In this document: one piece after another, positions 48,401 to 62,042 of the stretch
How positions within the stretch are numbered: the first letter of the stretch is position 1
Layout of the letters: each line of letters starts with the position of its first letter
NCBI RefSeq assembly: GCF_964355755.1
Contig: NC_092676.1
Span: forward strand, 25,996,871 to 26,060,870
Origin: Antedon mediterranea
Taxonomy: Eukaryota; Animalia; Echinodermata
Length of the DNA stretch: 64,000 nt
Reading direction: 5' to 3'
Notes under the pieces: generated by a model
What the model was told of the DNA's origin: nothing
The model's database searches: none
What the model saw: the letters and a program-made list of their open reading frames with translations, nothing else
Program-made: the position numbers and the translations under genes

Positions 48401-51400
48401 ACTGTGACTAATTGTGACTTAATTATTAATTAAAAGATAAGGGTAAAAACCATCTTCTGACTCACAAAAAAAACCCAAATAAATTTTTTTTAAATTCTGG
48501 AACCAACTGCAGTGTACAACATCAAAGCTATACCAAAATACTGTACTTCACATCCGTCAGTGGAAATATAACTTACCTTCAATCAGCGTATTTGGTTTTG
48601 ACGACTCTTTCCTCCACTCCGGTACAAATACTATTATCGTTGAATGTGACCTTTTCTTGAACCAATCGACAACAATCTTAATTCCTCGACATTCGAACAC
48701 CTCCTTACGGCCAAAGCTAAAAAAGGAAATTATACCAATATAAATCATCAATTATTACTGGCCACATTTGCACTTTTGAAATCAACATTACGTGATGTAA
48801 TAAAAGACACAGTTAAACGATAATCTATCATAAAGTACTACAATACAAAACTATATATCATTGCATAATATACTGATTTATATAACTATTGTTATCTTTT
48901 TGTTATATGTAAATTCAAATTTACTTCCCTATCAATTGGAATATATTAGTCACAGTAACGTTCAATAGTACATTGTAACTTTGTTAATGAACCTACAGTA
49001 TTAACATTACATCTATTCACTTTCACATCATTAGTCATAATATTCACAATTGTATTACCAACACCACACCCTATTAATCAATTTTTAAATTGATTAAATC
49101 AATATTTATTAATCATGTTCTAGAGTATGTAGTGTTGATCTTCCAAACTTACTCAATTATAATAATATTAATAATAATAATAAATATTATTAAATAATTT
49201 AGTTTATTACAGTATTTTATCTTTATCCCCTTTTTTCTTATTGACAGAGATGTGACATCACTCTGTCAGATATGGATCTAATTTCTTATCAAGGGATTAT
49301 GAATTTTAAAATAAATTACTGTGATGACAAAATATAGAAATAGAGTATTTTAGGAATAAACTACATTTTTTTTGTTATTTATTTCAGAAATAAAATTAAT
49401 TTTCATTGTTATTTGGATCTAATTTCTTATTGAGGGCTTCTGAATTTTGAAATATAATTAATGTGATGAAAAAATATGGAAATATTGAGTATTTTAGGAA
49501 TAAACTAACCTTTTTTTTTATTATTTCAAAAAAAAAATGCAGGGCTGAAAATTAACGGTCGCCCGGTCGCCAATGGCGACCTTTATTTGGTAAGGGCGAG
49601 TATTAATTTGGTGATGGTCGACCCGTCTGGCGACTTCCAGAAACTGCATCCACCTACCTTTTATAACCAATCTAGGCCTAGGCTAATAAATAAGCTAAGT
49701 TAAAGCTACAAGCCTAATGGCAGTCCCTTGTTTTTAAGGATCGCGAGCACGATCGCACTCAACAACCTTCGAAAAGGAGAGCAATTAATTGCGCTCCATC
49801 TCTCACAGTGCGAGGTACCAAGAAAGGGGATTCCCCTGCCTGCATTCAAGGGCGAGTTTACTTCATCGCCTCATAGTGCAACCAGTACGGTGTCATAGAA
49901 ACACCTCCTTTACAGGAAGCACATGTCCCAACCAATAATTTTTCCTTTTATGCTTACTAAATGTTTTTATAGAACAAGTTAATAAAATATATTTAATTTT
50001 AAAAGGAAACATTAATATAGGAGGCCTAAATATAATGTTTATTATTTAAAAACTTAGTTGCTTTAATTATGTCATTTTGAAGATGGATTATTTCTTCGAA
50101 AGTTCTAACCAATTTTGGTCACTCAAATCCTCCTCAAAACACGTGCTGACGTGTGACGTCAGCATCTTCTAGAAGCTCTCTCAGCCCTCCCCTATTGTGC
50201 GTGCGCCCATGTGTGACACATGTAAACAGGATCAAATATCTTTCTTAATTATTTAAAAATGACACTTTGTAACTTATTATCAATATTTTAATGGCTGGTG
50301 CATGTTAGAATTGTGTAATTTATGAATTGCAGGTAAATACTTTTCAAGTTTTCTGTCTGATTTCTAGGCCAACAAGGTAGGCTAGAAAAGCTACCTAGTA
50401 GAGGCTAAAAAAGGCATAGTTGACCAGGACAGGATTTTCCAGGCTCCTGAAACCCAATCTACCCAGGCCATAAACAAAAAAAATTGGCTTGAGTTTTTTT
50501 ACTGTAGAATAATACGATCCCCACGGAAAATATTGTGTGTGAAGGTGGGTGTGGGGGATTTTAAGGGAGAGGTACAGTATACATTTGTTGTGCCCGGCGG
50601 GGGGGGGGGGGGGGGGGTTATTCCCACCTCCGTCTGGCAAAAAAAATTTGTACAAAAAATTAATAAGGGCCAGCCATTTTTAATACCATCCTTCAACTTC
50701 AACTGGCCCTGCTGGCCACTATGGTTTAAAGGTTAATTTTCAGCCCTGAAAATGTCCATGTTATTTGGTTTTTATATGTGGGTGGAAAAAGTGTGGTTGG
50801 GGAGATACTGTAGGCTTTGGGGGAGTGGGTGGAATATATTTGTAATAATATTATGTAATGTAAACTAAATAAATGTTTACCTCATTGCAATGTTGCTGCC
50901 ATCAATTATAATTGGCCGTAGATTCGCGGTATCATCAACCACATGCTGGAAATCAGCAACATCAGCACTTCTTGTAATTGTACTAGTCCTATCTACATCT
51001 GCCGGTATCGATGACGAACGCTCTAGCGCCCCTAATACATCATTCCTGTCCGCATCAGCACCAAGTTGAGGTAATACTTGATCTAATTGATGTTTGGTAT
51101 AACCTAATTTAAGTACAAAATCAAGCATTTCCGTGTATTTCTGTAGCAACAGATCCTTCTCATCATCTTCAGACTTCCTCAATTTTTCTTTTTCAACTAC
51201 AACCTTATCGCGGTTTTTTTTCGAAACAAGGCAAGAAATTTCACCTGTATTTCTATTCAAGTCATTCGTTTCACAACTAGAACTGTCTGCATAATCGGAC
51301 GTATTTGAGTTTGTTAATGTTATTTCGGGTTCCTCGGCCGTCTGTATAAGCATGCACGCCGTTACTAAACTGAATTCGTCTGACGCTGTTACTCTAAGTT

Positions 51401-54400
51401 TTGAGTCATTTGGAATATTCTCAATAACAGCGCCAGATTCACGTTCGAAGTTTTCAATACGCGTCAAAATGTGATGCGTATTCTCTGGAGAGTACGGTAC
51501 TATTTGCTCGTGCTTCTTTTCGCATAATCCCAATACATATTTCTGTAAGGTAAAAAATAAAAAAAATATTATAAATTTATAAGAATAAAATTCCATTCAC
51601 AATTTCATTTTAAAATAAATACAAAATGATAACATTATTTATCACTCATTTAAAAATTCTTAGAAAAACTTCAATTTCAACAGAAAAAAAAAAAGTTAAT
51701 ACAAATTATTTTAAATAAAATCAATTTGCATTATTTTAAAGTCATACAAAAGTCAAATAAAAAAAAATTGCAAAATTAAATAATCCAATTTTTAATGAAG
51801 TTACAAAAATAAAATGTAATATAAGAATCAACAAACAACGTTTAAACTTACCAATTGAATCATGGTAAATAAATAAAAATAAATACTGTATAATTTAACT
51901 ATAATTTTAGCTGTGAAAGTTAACACGTAATTTACTCAACCCATTACATCAAAGAATATACAACTACTAAGTACTACTACTACTACCTCAAATTCAAACT
52001 TACCAATTGCATGGTGAAATATAAATGATATATATTTTTTGTATGAAATAAATACTAGGTACTATCACAATTTATCAGAACTGACTTTTCAATGAAACTG
52101 AAGTTTCTTATATAGTAATTGATGATACATAAATAAACATTGCAGGAATCACCCACTGTCAACAAAGACATTGCAAAATTGATGACTAGTCCAGACCAAC
52201 CCACGCTTACTACCACGCTACTTGTCCAAACATGAACAATGAATACAAACTAGACTATAGAACCAAATAAATAATACTGTAGCTTTCCACATATTGTTCT
52301 TACAACTTCATAATATTATTATTATTTATTTTCCTTTATATATGTAAATAAATAAATATCAAAGTTCATAAAAAGTATAGCATACTATTATATATTGATA
52401 ATATTTAAAAATAAACAACACGTTAAAAATCAGCTGATATTGAGTCTACTACCTAATATTCAACAGTCGCATTATATTGAGATAATGGAAATATCAAAGT
52501 GGAAATTCCCTTTTCTAACAAACAATGTTCGGACTGTTTGATTGGTTGGTTGACAATCAAACAGAGATTTTGATTGGTTGATTGGTTTTTAATAGAAATC
52601 CTCAACCTTTGCTTTTCATAGCCTGGAGGATATTGTTAGAATTAGCAAAATTCACAATAAACTCATAAATTTATTTTAAAGGGTGATGAAAACTCTTTAC
52701 ACAATTCCTATTAAATTGTTATTATGTAAGCTGAATTATGATGGAAATCCTGGAATATCATCATTTTTTCCAGATTCTAGGCATAAAGTTTCCAAATGTG
52801 TATACATGTACATTTTGTTTTTTTTCTACACCTGTCAACATGTATAAAAAAGTGAAAATTTAGAATAGTTGTAAGGATGTACAGTAGATAAAAACAAACA
52901 AAAATACAACACAATCACTTTCAGGTAGCTACAGTAGGTTTCTTTGATGTGTGTTGTGTTGAAATTAGGCTGGTAGAATTTGAAGGTGGGTGTACAATAC
53001 CTGCTCACCTCCGCCCACTATTATAATATTATATTTATGGTCAAGGCCTACAGTATACAAGGTATAAAATCTATCACAATCACTCTTCTGAATATAGTAA
53101 TAGTAGTAGTAGTAATAGTGAGATTTCCTTTAAACATTTTTAAGTCTAAAATTGTGAACATGTTTAAATTTATTTCCTCATATTTATCTATATATTGTTG
53201 ATATAAGTTTGTGGTACACCCCGTACTGTATGTTTCGTACTGTAAGTTCCGAAAAGAACTGTTGAGTTTCTCGACGTTTCGATCAATATGCTTTGATCGT
53301 CGAGAAACTCAACAGTTCTTTTCAGAACTAACATATGTAGTGTACCGCAAACTTTATATCAACATTTGATTTCGCCATGCAAACCTTCAAACAATATATT
53401 AATATATCGTATATTGTTGGCATTCTCAACTTTTAGTGGAGCTTGTTTCCTGTCATTGCCAGTTGATTTCAAATAAAATTAAAATAAAATATAATCACAA
53501 AATTATAGGTAACAGTAAACACTTATTCGCAACACAAGTGAGCAGGTGAGATTATTAAAAAATATACAAGTGTATTTATTTTTCAAAAAGCAATACAAAA
53601 ACAATGGTAAATCGGTAATATGAAAGGAAAAAATAATAAATATTAACATATTTTAAGAGGTACTGTAGATCATGAATTAGCACACCGAAACCAAATTCTA
53701 TGAAAGCATACAGTAAGTGCTGTGCCAATACTATCAAATATTGATTTTACTTAGAATAATGATATCATGATTATTAACTGGTTATATACAGTAATAATCA
53801 ATGGCATACGAAGAATATATATTCATAGAAAACTATTAATTTTTCATAATAAACAAAAGTGTATTAACTTGTTAGGCATATGTTTGATGAAAATAATAAT
53901 AATATTAATTAATAAGCTGACCAATGTGTACATTTTAATTATGAATTACAGTAAAAAAAAATCAATAAACAGGAGAGTAGTCATCGGAAAACTAAAAAAT
54001 AATGTCATTTTATTTATTTATATAAAATGAATTGAGAGAGATGAATTGGTCAGGGACTGCTACAGTAAATAAGATTACTATAACTAAATAAAGAGTCAGC
54101 AGTCTCATAATCTAAACTAACATAAATTTACAATTAAAATGAATACAAAAAAAACCTCAACAATTATTCATGTTGAACTTTTTCAATTATCAATAAATTT
54201 ATAATTAAAAATTAATATATTTAGACATGAAGACAAAAAAATCCAAAATAAATCCAAAATGATTTATGTTGAATGTTTTTAATTATCAATACATCTAATA
54301 CATGATATTAAAACCATGGAGAAATAAGTAAAAAATACCTTATTCTTCCATGATCTAACCAACAAATAAATCTTACTATTTTCTGCTTTATTTTTAACTT

Positions 54401-57400
54401 CCTCATTATTCTTTAAAAAAAGGATGATGAATGGAATTTAACATTTGAGTCACTACTGATATTGTACACCCCTACTTGTATTCCCTAACAATGACAATTA
54501 ACATAGACTAAAATAAGCACTGTCCGTGACTAGTATTAACCTGAATCACTGTGACCCTTTTAAAACTTCCCCCATCAACGCAAAATGAGCTAAAAATTGA
54601 TTTGGGACAGGATATACCTTAACCTATGACTCAGTCCAGCCGTCTTGATTTTTTTACAAAAAAATGCTATTTTTGTATTTAAAAAATGCAATTACTGTAC
54701 CGTAATTTACTTTCCTGGTTAGTTTTAGTAACATTTAGTAATCTTCAATGCAATTGAATATTAATTTTATTAAGTTAACAATTTGATTTTCATAAAAATT
54801 TTAGAATCTTGGGTAAACTTGGTTTTTGGAGAAAAAAAAATCGTAAATTAGTCTTATGGCCTTGCGCATGTCTACTTCAACTTGTGCAAGTCCTGTGAGA
54901 ATCAGACAAAATAGCATTCTGGGTTCAAAATTTGGTCACAATTTCGGGATGAGATTATACTCGATCAATGCCAAACCATAATAATAGTAGAAAACTACTT
55001 ATGTATAACAATTGAATACAACATTTTTTTTCTTTATATGCAATTATGTAGCATTCAAAATTAAATAAGTGGTTGAAAAATTCTGCATAAAATTCCTTAG
55101 TAAATAACAGTAAATAGACAATTAATATTTTGTCTTTTTTTTCCACTTCAAGCCATTGTGTATCCATATTGCAAATTCAACCGCACGTTGCTTTTTATTC
55201 AATAGCATAGTTTTGGTTAGAAATACTAAGAAAACAGGACATGACCTTACACAATGATCCAAGCACAGTACGGTTTTGACATACTATACTGTACGCGTAC
55301 GACATAATAAGCAAATTAATTCAGCAGAGGACTTCTTGGTTTAGTGTTCTTATTGGTTCCAAATGATTATTACAGTGTCTCGGCTATTAAGACCCCGTCC
55401 TCCGTTTAGAGTCAAAGAAAAATTATTCCAGCCAACTACCTATCAATCAACCTACTGTATAGAGAAATTTTCAAAATATCATCTATCTATTGGTAGACGA
55501 CCTAATACATTTGGTCTTTGCATACACAGCCAACGTCACATGACTTTGGAAGCGTTCAGACTTAAGCTCTGTCTACACTATCAAACTTTATGCGACAAAA
55601 AAATGTGATGTGCCCATATATGGACATGATGGTGTCATATACTATCATATTTGGGCAAATCACACTTTTGTTGTCAAACTCGTTTGATAGTGTAGACAAA
55701 GCTTTAGATACTTAATCTGGGAACTTGGGGACCTACCCACCAAAATTAGCGATAATTTGTCCATGAACTTACCAGGGTAGAAATCTACCTGAAGGTGTCC
55801 CTTTACTGAATATCTTTATCATTTTTTTGCAAGGCTACTGTACTGTACACTTGAATTGCAAATTCTGGCTTTTTTACAAAATAAATTTTAAAAACATTCA
55901 TATTTTTTCATTGGACCATTCAACAATAAAGGAAGCCTGAAACTACGAATTATTTTTTTTTATCAGTAAGGGTTACAAAATAGTCTACAGTATTTCATTT
56001 CCATCTTGGTCTTGTTTTGAAAAAGACATTTTTCCAAACGATTGAACAATAGGCCAATAAAAAGCTATTATTAACTATCCCATAGGAAAATACATATAAT
56101 AAAGGATGTTTTGTTTCGAGTTTCAGGAATTACTCTAGGGTATAATGGTTTGTCTGTCTGAATACACACAATTGTTTTGTTTAGAACTATCATATTCGTT
56201 ACTATTTATAGACTATTTCCTGGTCACGACTTTACAATACTGTATTGTATGGCTGAGAGCCGAATACAATTACAGTAAACTTTATAAATTGTTTGTTCAA
56301 ACCAAGAATAGGTACCAAAAAATAACCTGTAAATTAACCGGAACAGGTACTGTACAAATTTAGGTTTTTAATGTACGCTATAGCATACTACTATTAACCG
56401 GATATGGTGAGCACTGTGGCAGTTGCAACACAGAAAATATTTGTTCCTGCTTTAAACCTTTCAAATCAATAGAGTGACTGGCTAAGCGGTTACCACAGTG
56501 GAACCGTAATTACGTAAAGTGTTCGAGGCTCACTCACTTCATGGGTCTGGTGGTAGAACGAGTCTACTGGGATAAGGACTATAAACCAGTGTTTACACCA
56601 ACTCATGTGTACTTTAAAGAACCTGTAAGTAGTACATATTTCGCAATGAGTAGGGGGTACCCCGGTGTACTATACACACAGCCACTGACCATAAATTAAC
56701 TGGGCCCTCTGAGAGAACAGTCTTTGATTGACTGAAGTGGCTACAAAGTACTGTAGAATTAATGGGTATTGCTACAGTAAACACCGCAAACCCCCGCAAA
56801 CCTCCAAAAAAACATAGCAAACCCATCGAACCAACATAAAAGTGATTGAATCATGTAGTGTACAACCCACTGGGTATATCCATGCGAAAAAAATAATACA
56901 TTTTTACTGTGAACTAATTATTTTTGGGGTCAAAAATGATTGCTAAACCCTGCAAACCTCCAAAAAAATATAGCAAACCCCATCGAACCAACATAAAACT
57001 GATTGAATCATGTAGTGTACAACCCACTGGGTATATCCATGTAAAAAAAATATTAAATTTCTACTGTTAACTACTTATTTTTGGGGTAAAACATCATTTT
57101 TTGGTCAAAAATGATTGCTAATTTTTAACCAAAAAATGATGTTTTATCCCCAAAAAAGTAGTTAAAAAAACAGTAGAAATTTAATAATTTATATACCCAG
57201 TGGGTCGTACACTACATTATTCAATCACTTTTATGTTGGTTCGGTGGGGTATGCTATGTTTTTTTGGAGGTTTGCGGGGGTTTGCGGTGTTTAGCAATAC
57301 CCGAATTAATTAATAAATAAATAAGTTAGTTAGTAATTAAAATGGTGACTGACGAGATCGGTTGCATTTTAAATTGGTCACCATTTATTTTGGTTGCTTA

Positions 57401-58003
57401 CTTACAGTATTTTGTATGCACCACTAGGCCTGCATACACTTGTTTTTAATTTTCTTAATTTTTTATTTGGTAAGTTTGTTTTTATCGCAACCAAAAATAC
57501 AAGAAAGCAACAAATTTCAAAAAGTTATAATTCCACCATGAATTACATACAGTAATCTTGGTGAATATATAATATGTACCCCTATATATCTAGCCTATGC
57601 TCTAATCTCACCAATTTCGAAAATGTATTGGTACGAACCGTCCACAAAGTAAGCCAACTTACTAGGAGAGCAACAATACTGCGGAATTAAGTAAGCAGAT
57701 AATCTGCTAGGCCTGACCAGGCAGGTAGGCCTAGAAACAGATGACAAGCAATAATTGAACTAATATTACCTTAGCTTTCTTTATATTTTCCTGATCATTA
57801 TGAACATTTCCACTAGAAATCTGCACCCACATCCTATCCTGCTCTTCATGGCCATAATTATTTTCATTTTCACCAATAATTCCTCCTGAGCCATATCCCT
57901 GATCAACTTCTTGGCCGCAAACAACTCCAAAGAGCGCTTCAATCTTACGTTTATTCGCTTCCAAAATTTTCTGGGCCGAATGGCGTATCACAAACTCTTC
58001 CAT
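45480..58003 (-). CDS. ZC3H12: Regnase/ZC3H12-family NYN (PIN) endoribonuclease with N-terminal N4BP1/KHNYN-like KH region, UBA-like domain, CCCH finger and C-terminal helical domain; 6 coding exons
   Basis: Exons 58003-57770 ([22 protein letters not shown]; frame open further upstream, alternative ATG at 58213), 51542-50881 (KYVLGLCE; DFVLKLGY; [13 protein letters not shown]), 48716-48577 (FVPEWRKE), 47556-47322 (FTPSR..CYDDRYI..SKDNFRD), 46675-46076 ([19 protein letters not shown]; [17 protein letters not shown]), 45966-45480 (LSALFG..P.TTDP.EI). Candidate polyA signal at 44332-44337. Confidence 0.92.
49540..50748. mobile_element. Non-autonomous hAT-like DNA transposon in ZC3H12 intron 2
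   Basis: Perfect 17-bp TIR CAGGGCTGAAAATTAAC / GTTAATTTTCAGCCCTG. AAAATG on both sides is compatible with a TSD in an A-run. No transposase ORF. Confidence 0.82.
53246..53390. mobile_element. Penelope-type terminal (pLTR-like) fragment folded as an inverted repeat
   Basis: ~31-bp arms GTTCCGAAAAGAACTGTTGAGTTTCTCGACG / CGTCGAGAAACTCAACAGTTCTTTTCAGAAC. Same family as 31600-31680, with a hammerhead-like GATCAA-loop-TTGATC-GAAACGTC half. Confidence 0.55.
55565..55703. mobile_element. MITE family A copy with TTA TSD
   Basis: TTA|AGCTCTGTCTACAC...GTGTAGACAAAGCT|TTA. Confidence 0.85.
56470..56715 (+). mobile_element. tRNA-derived SINE with Deu/Nin-like domain
   Basis: A-box TGGCTAAGCGG, B-box-like GTTCGAGGC, GGATAAGGACTATAAACC core; homologous to 4250-4480. 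Confidence 0.72.
56764..57302. mobile_element. Foldback-type MITE with long TIRs and 8-bp TSD
   Basis: GAATTAAT|GGGTATTGCTA...TAGCAATACCC|GAATTAAT; inverted arms longer than 100 bp plus an internal duplicated arm. Confidence 0.85.
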
Positions 58004-58969
58004 GTCTTTACTGCACAAATTATCAAATACAGAATTATACAATTGTTTTGTAAAGTAATCAAGGTGAATGATCCATTTTCCATGACGGACAAGCGTCAGT
58101 TTACAGAGAAATGACTTGCAACCGATCAGGAGGAAAGAACCGCTATTTTCCTGGTGTGTGAGAGCTGAGTTCAGTGTATGTTGACGATAGATAGGATACA
58201 AATGATTGAGCATGCGTATAAAGCTCCAGGAAGTAAAAATTAAGTGAGTCAATTTGAAGTGTCTTAAAATAAGATTCCCTTTTATGTATATACAACCAAT
58301 AATTCCGGGTCGCAAAACGCACTTCTGTTTATTCTTCTAACACACACACATATATAATTCTACAATACTACATTAACATTTCGAAACCAATTCACTAACT
58401 TTCATAATAATTTTTGGAATATGTGTCATTCTCACAGTGTTTTCAATGTTCGTGTAGTTTACGGTTTTACGGATCAGGCAAACTTCTTTTGCTTTCGTTA
58501 AAAAAGTTTTTTTTTAATCTTGTCACAGGATAATAAAATGTCCACCCACCCGATTGAAAAGGAAATAAATTTTACTTAGAGCTAGTTTTCTATTATTTAT
58601 TGGAAATATGAAGTGTCGTATCAATTTATCCAAATCAAATCACAAGATTATTTCCTTATCATGATTATTATTAAAAACCCAGAAAGTACACCAAATGTTA
58701 TTCAATAATGATTGAAATGATATGTATGATAGTCGATCATTGATTAAGAGTGTTGTAATAAGAATAGAATGGCAGTAAATCTCAAACAAATTGTCCAGAG
58801 CAGTGGTGAATGCTACGTATGGGCACAGGCTGGTACCGATCTTCCTCGTAGACAAACCGGACAACGGTTGTGTCGTGTACTGTTACGTAATAATACATAG
58901 GACTATTTATAGCAATATCACGCACACGTCTCTCTCAACACCTTTGCCCTAATAAATGTATTCTAATAA

Positions 58970-59356
58970 GCCTTGAATCCCACTAGGACGGAACACTTGA
59001 CCAATGACAAAGCGACAGTTCTGTTTTTGGTTATAATACCAAAAAAATGTTCGATTGATTGAATAAAGTTCACATATATAGTAAAAAAAAGTTCGAATAA
59101 TCCTTCGCATGCGATTGGTCAAATCTCTTACATTGCGTTACGTTGTGTTGTTTCTCTAAAGCTTGGTTCCCACTAGCGACGCAACACAAGGACGTAACGC
59201 AACGCAAGTGAATTGACCAATCACAAGCGATGGCTTATACGCTTGTGATTGCTAACTGTCTATAACTTCGCTTGTCATTGGTTAAAACGCTTGCGTTGCG
59301 TTTACGTCCTTGCGTTACTAGTGGGAACCAAGCTTAAGTGTGGTGGGAACCAAGCT
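58970..59356. mobile_element. Nested MITE family B copies
   Basis: Inner copy 59160-59334, flanked by TAA...TAA, is inserted near the right TIR of an older copy. Confidence 0.8.
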
Positions 59357-61304
59357 TAAATCAACGAAGTCTACACTATCAAACTTTATGTGACAAAAAA
59401 TGCGATGTGCCCATATGGACATGATTATGTCATACCCACTACCATATATAAGCATCACTAACATATTTAGGCACATCACACTTTTTTTTGTCAACGGCTA
59501 GTTTGACAGAGCTGAATGAACAAAAGTAACAAAAGCACATTAAAAAAAACACAAAGCGACACCGTTGAAACTTTCAAACATCGCGAAGAATTATTAAAAT
59601 AAAATAATGTTTTTTTTTAATCAATTCATCGATGGACGCATAAATCAAAGACAATAATAAGACAATATGTATATATCATACGCTATTTTTATGAGAGTTT
59701 TAAATTATTTGGGATAATACACAAAAATTCATTGTATAAATATAAAAGTATTAAGAGGTACTCTACGAATATAAATTGATTTCCTGATATTACAAAAAAT
59801 TATTATTTTTTTTTGATTTGGTGTTCATACTAAACATTGGAATAACAAACATCCAATACGGTGATGAGGAAATTGGTTGGCCTATAACAAAAAATGACGT
59901 TTTTCCAAACGTTTCGAAACGTATTTAAACAAGAGTGTGGTCTAAGTAGTCTAAGTGGTGGTTTTAAAGGAAACTTTTCGAAACTTTAACTTGTGTCAGA
60001 GCGCGTGGGCCTACAATAATGATCTAAATTGATAGGACGGGGTATTTAGAAGGATTCAAAAACGCCTTTGTTTGAGCGTAGGCCTATAATAATGGTATAA
60101 ATTGGTAAAACGGGGTGTAACGCTTTTAAGCTAAAGAGCGTAGGCCTACAATAATTACAATGGTGTCTAAAGATAGGACGGGGTGTTTTTTTAAAGGAAA
60201 CTTGTCGAAACTTTAAATTGTGTCAGAAAGCCACTGAATGAGGGAACTTTACTGGTAAATTAACACCGTCCAAATCGAACCTATGACGATAAGGAACTTT
60301 TTCAACGTAAAATGATGAACAAACCCAATATAATCCCATACCTTTTTGGTGGTACTTTTATGACGTCACAAACAGTCACACAACGTCATGAATCAACCCG
60401 AAATATCGCACTATGAATTGGGAGATATAGATATGAGGAAGGCAATGATAAATACGATAAAAGACTACGTCATGAGGAAGGCAATGATACATAAGATCAA
60501 ATGATTATGACGTCATAAGGAAGACAATGTCTTGATGTAAAAACATCACGAGGAAGGCAATGGCAAATATGAAATGACGACGATTAAAAAAAGAAAACAC
60601 TTTTGCGATGTGATGTAGATTTCCGAAGTAGATTTCCGAAGTAGGAGCAGGAAGTGCAATAAATCATCAAACTTTATGTGATGTGCCCATATATGGACGT
60701 CATATCACTACTATATTTGGACATATCACTACCATATTTGGGCACATCGCAATTTTTGTTGTCATACTAGTTTGATAGTGTAGACAGAGCTTAAGTCTGC
60801 TAAAGCAGACCGAAAAAGAATACAGTTAACCCCACAGAAAATGTGTTTCGGATTTTATCACATAAAATTAAACAAGAATATATACTGTTTGATTGATAGG
60901 TTCAATACACAAATACAGTTAAACAGACTGGCAAAGTAAAGGTAGGAGTTGTAGCAAGATTGTTTGTAGCAAGATTGTTTGTAGCTTCCCATTGGCTAGT
61001 TTCTACAAATGAATAACACAGTACAATGTGAATTTAAATATCATTTTGAACTTCACTGTTACAACAATTAAGTTGTATTTAATACACGCTAACCAGGGCC
61101 AAATTACAAACTCATCGTTTTTAACAGTGTTTTAACTTGGCCTATTCAGCGTTTTTGCACTTTGATGTACTGTATATCTTTTCATTATTTTAACTATACC
61201 AAGCAAACTGAATTTCCATTTTAAATGGACCAATATAATGTATTTTGAATCAAATATACACTGATAGTGTTTCACGAAAACGTGACACTTTTTTCTGGCT
61301 GTTT

Positions 61305-62042
61305 TCATTTTATGTGCATCTCCATTGAGATTCAGCCACTGATACCCACAGCATTGTCATTTTTTTAGTGCTTATTTTGTATCTCCATTGAGATTCAGCC
61401 ACTGATACCCACAGCATTGTCATTTTTTTTAGTGCTTATTTTATTTTGTATCTCCATTGAGATTCAGCCACTGATACCCACAGCATTGTCATTTTTTTTA
61501 GTGCTTATTTTATTTTGTATCTCCATTGAGATTCAGCCACTGATACCCACAGCATTGTCATTTTTTTTAGTGCTTATTTTATTTTGTATCTCCATTGAGA
61601 TTCAGCCACTGATACCCACAGCATTGTCATTTTTTTTCAGTGCTTATTTTATTTTGTATCTCCATTGAGATCCAGCCACTGATACCCACAGCATTGTCAT
61701 TTTTTCAGTGCTTATTTTATTTTGTATCTCCATTGAGATTCAGCCACTGATACCCACAGCATTGTCATTTTTTTTTAGTGCTTATTTTATTTTGTATCTC
61801 CATTGAGATTCAGCCACTGATACCCACATCATTGTCATTTTTTTTCAGTGCTTATTTTATTTTGTATCTCCATTGAGATTCAGCCACTGATACCCACAGC
61901 ATTGTCATTTTTTTTTAGTGCTTATTTTATTTTGTATCTCCATTGAGATTCAGCCACTGATACCCACAGCATTGTCATTTTTTTTAGTGCTTATTTTATT
62001 TTGTATCTCCATTGAGATTCAGCCACTGATTCCCACAGCATT
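61305..62042. repeat. ~69-bp minisatellite (~10.5 copies) downstream of glutamate synthase
   Basis: Unit ATCTCCATTGAGATTCAGCCACTGATACCCACAGCATTGTCA(T)nAGTGCTTATTTTATTTTGT. Confidence 0.95.

Noticed and set aside
58004-58315. N-terminal extension of the Regnase-like first exon
   Set aside because: The frame is open but lacks recognisable homology; the start is left at 58003 pending transcript data.
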